NCBI GenBank assembly: GCA_029858305.1
Contig: JAOUFI010000072.1
Span: forward strand, 1-11,714
Direction of reading: 5' to 3'
DNA: 11,714 nucleotides
From: Candidatus Thorarchaeota archaeon
GTDB lineage: Archaea > Asgardarchaeota > Thorarchaeia > Thorarchaeales > Thorarchaeaceae
Shown piece after piece: positions 7,667 through 11,714 of the stretch (position 1 is the first letter of the stretch; each line of letters opens with the position of its first letter). A program made the position numbers and the translations under genes. The notes under the pieces were generated by a model. The model was given only the letters and a program-made list of their open reading frames with translations. It made no database searches and was not told where the DNA came from.

Positions 7667-9079
7667 CTACCACGGCTGCTGAAGAAGTTGTATCCAGAAA
7701 TACATGAATCCTGACAGTGTTTCATTCTCTGCTGCAAAAATCTTCATCACGAAAGTAAACGCCCCAGAATCAAATCCAAGATCCCAGGAACCACCCATGC
7801 CTCCCCAGTTGCCCTCTGTCCTATTGTCGTAGTCACACAATACTCTTCGACCGGTTTCATTTAACACCTGAAAATCGGATGAGGACATGTTTAGCATGGA
7901 GTAGTAGACGCTCACCTCTTCAGGAGCGTTTCCCCAGTCTTCGACAACGCAATCATAATGCAGGAAATTTCGTTGTCCGTAACGTGAAGGCTGGACATTA
8001 CATGAGAAGACATACCAATAACCAAGGACAACCTGTTCTCCTGCTTCGGGGCTTTGATAAAAAATGACAGTAGTCTGTTCAACAACGAAGGAGGAATACA
8101 TAGCTGTTCCAGATGCCCCTATGGTCAAGACAATTATGACAAGAACCGCGAGAGATGCTCTGCGTATTCTTAGACTGCGTCTTATTCTTGTATGGATTCC
8201 TTGACGTTCTAATTCAGACTCCCAGACTCCAGCACTCGTGTGTACTTCTGCCATCTTCGACCAGTGAAGTGTGTTGATCTTGAAAAACTTGGTACTGACA
8301 AGGAGCCCTGTAAGAGAAATGAGTGCAAGCACTGCGAGCGACAGTAAAATCGAGCCCAACGTTGCTTCGAATCCAAAGTAGGATGCGAGACTTGTTCCAT
8401 GCTCAGGACTGTAGCCAGAAATAGACCCTGCAAAGACTCTTACAATACTGGAAGGACTCAGCATTGCTATGCCCCGTGTCACTGATGCCCAGATAGCTCC
8501 GGGACTATAGCCTACCATGGTTGCTAGCCCAAATGTCACTGCACACCCCATAGTTGTGGAAATTATTACCTCGTCTGAAATCATCACAAAGAATACGCCA
8601 ATTGATGCCAGAAGCAACGAAACAACAAATGTCGCTACTAGAACTGAGGGAAGATAGACTAGAAAGCCCGTGCCTCTAGGTTGATAGAATGAAGTTCTCG
8701 ATAGATAAGGTTCCAAAAACAGGGCACTTGTGACTATGACACTGAACATCAATACAAGGGCATAGGTTTCAAGCAGACATCGAAGAATAACCTCTATGGG
8801 ACTCCTTCCAGACTTTAGCAGTGCCAGAATATGCGTTTTTGCAGCGGATGTTCCAAAAACGATGCTTGCTGATAAGAACACAGGAATGCCAATTATCAAG
8901 ACATATGATATTACGTTTATCGCATTAACAAGAACTGAGAACTCATCTTCAAAGCCAACAAATGGACGAACTAAGTAGCAAAAAAGAATAACAATGCTCG
9001 AAGCGATTACCCATATTATCAACCAGGTCTTTGTGATACAAAATCGACTGATTTTTGACTCATCTTTGCTCTCCTCCAC
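7667..9079 (-). CDS. Multi-pass membrane protein (ABC-2 permease-like N-terminal region, extracytoplasmic C-terminal domain)
   Basis: 470 aa, about 7 hydrophobic segments, and an ILALLKSGRSPIEVIL loop recalling the ABC-2 LLxxPxSR loop. The C-terminal domain has NxS/T sequons (NMS, NET, NRT, NET). GTG start with GGAG upstream. The family call is tentative. Confidence 0.75.
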   Translation of the reverse strand: MEESKDESKISRFCITKTWLIIWVIASSIVILFCYLVRPFVGFEDEFSVLVNAINVISYVLIIGIPVFLSASIVFGTSAAKTHILALLKSGRSPIEVILRCLLETYALVLMFSVIVTSALFLEPYLSRTSFYQPRGTGFLVYLPSVLVATFVVSLLLASIGVFFVMISDEVIISTTMGCAVTFGLATMVGYSPGAIWASVTRGIAMLSPSSIVRVFAGSISGYSPEHGTSLASYFGFEATLGSILLSLAVLALISLTGLLVSTKFFKINTLHWSKMAEVHTSAGVWESELERQGIHTRIRRSLRIRRASLAVLVIIVLTIGASGTAMYSSFVVEQTTVIFYQSPEAGEQVVLGYWYVFSCNVQPSRYGQRNFLHYDCVVEDWGNAPEEVSVYYSMLNMSSSDFQVLNETGRRVLCDYDNRTEGNWGGMGGSWDLGFDSGAFTFVMKIFAAENETLSGFMYFWIQLLQQPW

Positions 9080-9241
9080 GATAATCCGCTCCTATGGAAC
9101 ATTCATCTATGCTAAGTCGACGGATATCCATCGTATGAGAATGCACAGAATACTACGTGATACGATATAGTATGTAAGACGATATATATTTAGTGGTCAC
9201 AGATATATCTTACTGCTATAGAGATTTGATTCTCTATGTGT

Positions 9242-9366
9242 TAGCCATCAACAAGGACCCAGAAGCTCCAATCTTCAGCATTGCTGACTTTGGCATTGTG
9301 GGTGATATCTTCACAGTTCTGCCTGAAGTGATTGCAGAAGTTAAACGAGTATTAGACACAAGATAG
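9242..9366 (+). pseudogene. etfA: Duplicated 3' fragment of etfA (direct repeat copy 2)
   Basis: Encodes [40 protein letters not shown], 38/40 aa identical to the EtfA C-terminus. Similarity stops abruptly upstream of 9242 and after the TAG. Confidence 0.9.
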
Positions 9367-9424
9367 AAGATTTTCCTGCTCAATCCTGCTTGCCTTTAAA
9401 ACTCGAAGCAGTGGAGATGCAACA

Positions 9425-9849
9425 TCATAGCGCTACCTTGAATCTACACTCATCATTTCCTGCTAAGATTGATTTCTCTAGTGTGACATCAATCGGTCTT
9501 CCAAGTGCTCCCTCAAATAGAGCCTTAGCCCAACCGATGGAACAGTTGCAAAAAATTGCTGGCATCTGACCTTGGGTATCCTATTAACCCTAGTGCAGTA
9601 GCATTTTGGATATACAAGATAGATGCCATCCTTCTCTCTATGGAGGTGCTTGTACGTCATTCCAAACTCTGTTAGAAACGTATCAATATCTTTAGTCCTC
9701 TCATAGATAGCCTTGGCTTTCTTTATGGTGCTCTGTGATTGACACTTACGGCCACAGTCCTCAAGTGCTGCTTTCAATGCATCCTCATCAATACTCTTTT
9801 CCAATCCCCCAATTAGATTGCACAGCCACTTTTCTCCTGAACTGACCAT
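9425..9849 (-). pseudogene. Cys-rich V4R-like (DUF6144-like) protein gene interrupted by a 1-nt frameshift near 9571
   Basis: Frame 1 gives LEDCGRKC...YPKCYC...RIPK. The -1 frame continues GQMPAIFCNCSIGWAKALFEGALGRPIDVTLEKSILAGNDECRFKVAL* (TGA at 9427-9425), a typical V4R-like C-terminus. Restored length is about 141 aa. Confidence 0.75.
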
Positions 9850-10038
9850 TTAGACACCTTGTGAAAACAAGAACGATCCTAGGATTTGAACGCATTGTTC
9901 TGAGAAAATCACCTAGGGGCTTTTGTCATACCTCGACCAGAAGAACAGACTACTTGAGAATGAGGGCGGATGCACGTACAATTACTTCAGAGATTCGAAT
10001 AATGTGCCTACGTGTGAGTGACTTGAACATCCTTTCGA

Positions 10039-10764
10039 CTATTTTTGTAAAACATAGATGGTCCAAGGCGCGATTCTGGTTTCATTGACCCAAGAATATG
10101 GTTCATCGTTTTTCGCTAATGGCTTGTAGATGTGAGCAATCTTCAACTGAGCACTTTGATATGTTTCTTGATATGATTCAGCTGTCCAAAGGATGTCACT
10201 TACAGGTCTCTTGTCATCAATGTCCAACTGGATAATACGAACGATATCCCCACTTGTTGCATCTTTGTTCTCTGGGAAATCTTTGGTGGAGAATGAAGTC
10301 CATTCATGTATGTATATCTCCGGTGATGATACCAGGTTGATTAGCACACCATCCTCTCTGAGAAGGTCCCTCAATCCTCGTAAATTCATGACTTTCTTAT
10401 CCATTGTAGGGATATTATCAAAGGGAAATGCAGACAAGATGAGGTCGAAAGAACCTGTCTTGAGTGATCTGAAATCGCCCTCTTTGATGACATGATAGAC
10501 TCCCTCTGGATCGGACTCTCGAGCTCTCTTTACCATCTCCTCGGATATATCGATGCCGACAGTTTTGAACCCAAGCCTCTGTAAGAATCTAGATGAGCGT
10601 CCAGAACCACATCCAAAGTCTAATGCTTTTCTTCCTTTGACATGCCGCTCAATGATGGCTGGCAGATCTCTGAATGCCAAGTAGTATGTACCAGGAAATT
10701 CAAGCCTGGAATAGGCATCTGCTCTAATTGCATCTTCATAAACATTAGAGAACTCCATTCTCAT
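10039..10764 (-). CDS. Class I SAM-dependent methyltransferase
   Basis: Motif I ALDFGCGSG, GIDISEEMV, SFDLILS and LLREDGVLI. An alternative start is ATG at 10758. Confidence 0.92.
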   Translation of the reverse strand: MRMEFSNVYEDAIRADAYSRLEFPGTYYLAFRDLPAIIERHVKGRKALDFGCGSGRSSRFLQRLGFKTVGIDISEEMVKRARESDPEGVYHVIKEGDFRSLKTGSFDLILSAFPFDNIPTMDKKVMNLRGLRDLLREDGVLINLVSSPEIYIHEWTSFSTKDFPENKDATSGDIVRIIQLDIDDKRPVSDILWTAESYQETYQSAQLKIAHIYKPLAKNDEPYSWVNETRIAPWTIYVLQK

Positions 10765-10855
10765 GCCTCTGACTTGGCTGCAAAACTGCCTTCATTTATT
10801 GATTACGAAATATACACATAATTCGAGATGTTTTATGATTAGGGCATTCGAATAC

Positions 10856-11131
10856 TTACCGAGGGCTCTCGTCTTCGGCTAGGTTCATGACCTCCTCTTC
10901 GAAAGGGGTTCCGTGATAATGAAACTGGAAGAGCGGTCGTCCTCTTACCTGACGACCACAGCTCAGTAGTGGTAGAATCACAAAGGCAATCATTACAAGA
11001 GCATATGGAAGTTGATCTGGCCCCGTGATAAAAACAGGGAGCATGAGAATGATCAATATGGGCAGAAGCGCTATAACCAAACAGGCATAGTAGCCTCTTG
11101 GATGCTCAGAACGCTCCTGGTCTAGATTCAT
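10856..11131 (-). CDS. Small hypothetical two-TM membrane protein
   Basis: 91-aa ORF with ATG start and two hydrophobic segments (YYACLVIALLPILIILMLPVFI; YALVMIAFVILPLLSC). It fills the intergenic space in the same orientation as its neighbours. Confidence 0.6.
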   Translation of the reverse strand: MNLDQERSEHPRGYYACLVIALLPILIILMLPVFITGPDQLPYALVMIAFVILPLLSCGRQVRGRPLFQFHYHGTPFEEEVMNLAEDESPR

Positions 11132-11211
11132 AGATTTTCAGATAATAGTCTGCTCATTTAGTAATAAGGTCCATCTTCAAAGCATAGCAATAAAAGAAGT
11201 AGAGAAACGAA

Positions 11212-11237
11212 GGTGGGCAGTCGCTGACTGCCCTACC
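11212..11237 (-). terminator. 3' hairpin and pyrimidine tract downstream of the histone gene
   Basis: GGGCAGTC-GCT-GACTGCCC (11215-11233), an 8-bp perfect stem extendable by GGT/ACC. On the minus strand it is followed by TTCGTTTCTCTACTTCTTTT. Confidence 0.65.
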
Positions 11238-11257
11238 GGTTTCCTGATACTAGTGAC

Positions 11258-11494
11258 CTAGAAGTCGTAAGCCTTCAGGGTCTTTCGCTTGTTATCCTTA
11301 CAGCGTCCTGCAGCTTGATGCAGTACATTATGGACGGCCATGTTGAATGCATCGTATGCATCGCTGCCGACCATCATATCATTATCACGGGCAAAGTCCT
11401 GCACTGCCTTCTTAACATAGAAGGTGTACTTTGGTGCCTTAGCTGCTGGTTTCTTAGCTGCTGGCTTAGCCGCTGGTTTTGGTTTCTTTGACAT
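11258..11494 (-). CDS. Histone-fold protein (alpha3-truncated, face-to-face-like) with a Lys/Ala/Pro-rich N-terminal tail, 78 aa
   Basis: ATG at 11494 with SD AGGGGT at 11506-11501. Fold: YVKKAVQDFARDN (a1), MMVGSDA (L1), a2 to AAGRCKDN, then RKTLKAYDF (the RKTxxxxD clamp) at the C-terminus. Tail: MSKKPKPAAKPAAKKPAAKAPK. Confidence 0.88.
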   Translation of the reverse strand: MSKKPKPAAKPAAKKPAAKAPKYTFYVKKAVQDFARDNDMMVGSDAYDAFNMAVHNVLHQAAGRCKDNKRKTLKAYDF

Positions 11495-11589
11495 TTTTTT
11501 ACCCCTAATGTGGTTTCCTGCATGGAAAGGCTGGCAACAAGTTGTTTCCGCACCCCCAAGCAAAGGTAAAGATTTCCATAGTCATCTTG

Positions 11590-11601
11590 TTAATAAGCAT
11601 A
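11590..11601 (-). promoter_or_regulatory. TATA box of the histone gene
   Basis: TATGCTTATTAA on the minus strand shares the TGCTTWW core with the other promoters and predicts a TSS near 11566-11570. Confidence 0.55.
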
Positions 11602-11714
11602 TGTCGCATAGAATGCCTTCGCAGGCTTGTTTGACGCGTTCCAACGAACAACTCATTTGAAGCCATACATGGCGTTGAATTGCTATTTTGGAGGCCCTTT
11701 CTTCAATTTTGAGT

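Noticed and set aside
7478-9366. Repeat pair as a diversity-generating retroelement TR/VR
   Set aside because: Mismatches are not adenine-specific, are mostly synonymous third positions, and no reverse transcriptase is present.
9478-9570. ORF-track C-terminus VRCQQFF...MSH
   Set aside because: It is out-of-frame read-through after the frameshift. The conserved-looking C-terminus is in the -1 frame.
9861-10088. 75-aa + strand ORF between the V4R-like gene and the methyltransferase
   Set aside because: It overlaps the methyltransferase 3' end in antisense and has no SD or motif support.
11215-11233. Homolog of the metazoan histone mRNA 3' stem-loop
   Set aside because: An 8-bp stem with a 3-nt loop does not match the 6-bp stem, 4-nt U-rich loop consensus. 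Similar hairpins follow non-histone genes here.
11495-11563. N-terminal extension of the histone ORF (MLGGAETTCC...)
   Set aside because: ATG 11494 has a good SD. The upstream segment looks like a structured leader, not coding sequence.
11602-11714. 3' end of an upstream minus-strand gene (e.g. ...SKLKKGPPK*)
   Set aside because: Too little sequence to choose a frame or support a call.
1-11714. CRISPR arrays, tRNA/rRNA genes, IS elements, integrases
   Set aside because: No regularly spaced repeats, cloverleaf structures, terminal inverted repeats or recombinase motifs were seen.

Overview
Archaeal genomic DNA, most likely Asgard (Thorarchaeia-like; inferred from gene families, archaeal-type uS19, BRE/TATA promoters and GGTGA-type Shine-Dalgarno sites). 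In order: a 3'-truncated large TPR-like gene missed by the ORF track, a stand-alone rps19 (uS19), a TPR protein, a phosphohexomutase (GlmM/PMM family), a small 2-TM protein, an uncharacterised membrane protein, and an etfB-etfA operon whose EtfA has an N-terminal 2x[4Fe-4S] domain. An accessory stretch follows (multi-pass membrane protein, frameshifted V4R-like gene, SAM methyltransferase, small membrane protein), then a histone. Three observations stand out: (1) the 2-TM protein at 4147-4491 resembles eukaryotic DPM2; (2) the last 125 bp of etfA are duplicated 1.76 kb downstream with almost only synonymous changes, bracketing one cargo gene, as expected for integration with 3'-end replacement but with no integrase in view; (3) an alpha3-truncated histone carries a Lys/Ala/Pro N-terminal tail, a structured 5' leader and a 3' hairpin. 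All homology calls are by eye from remembered family features; no searches were run.
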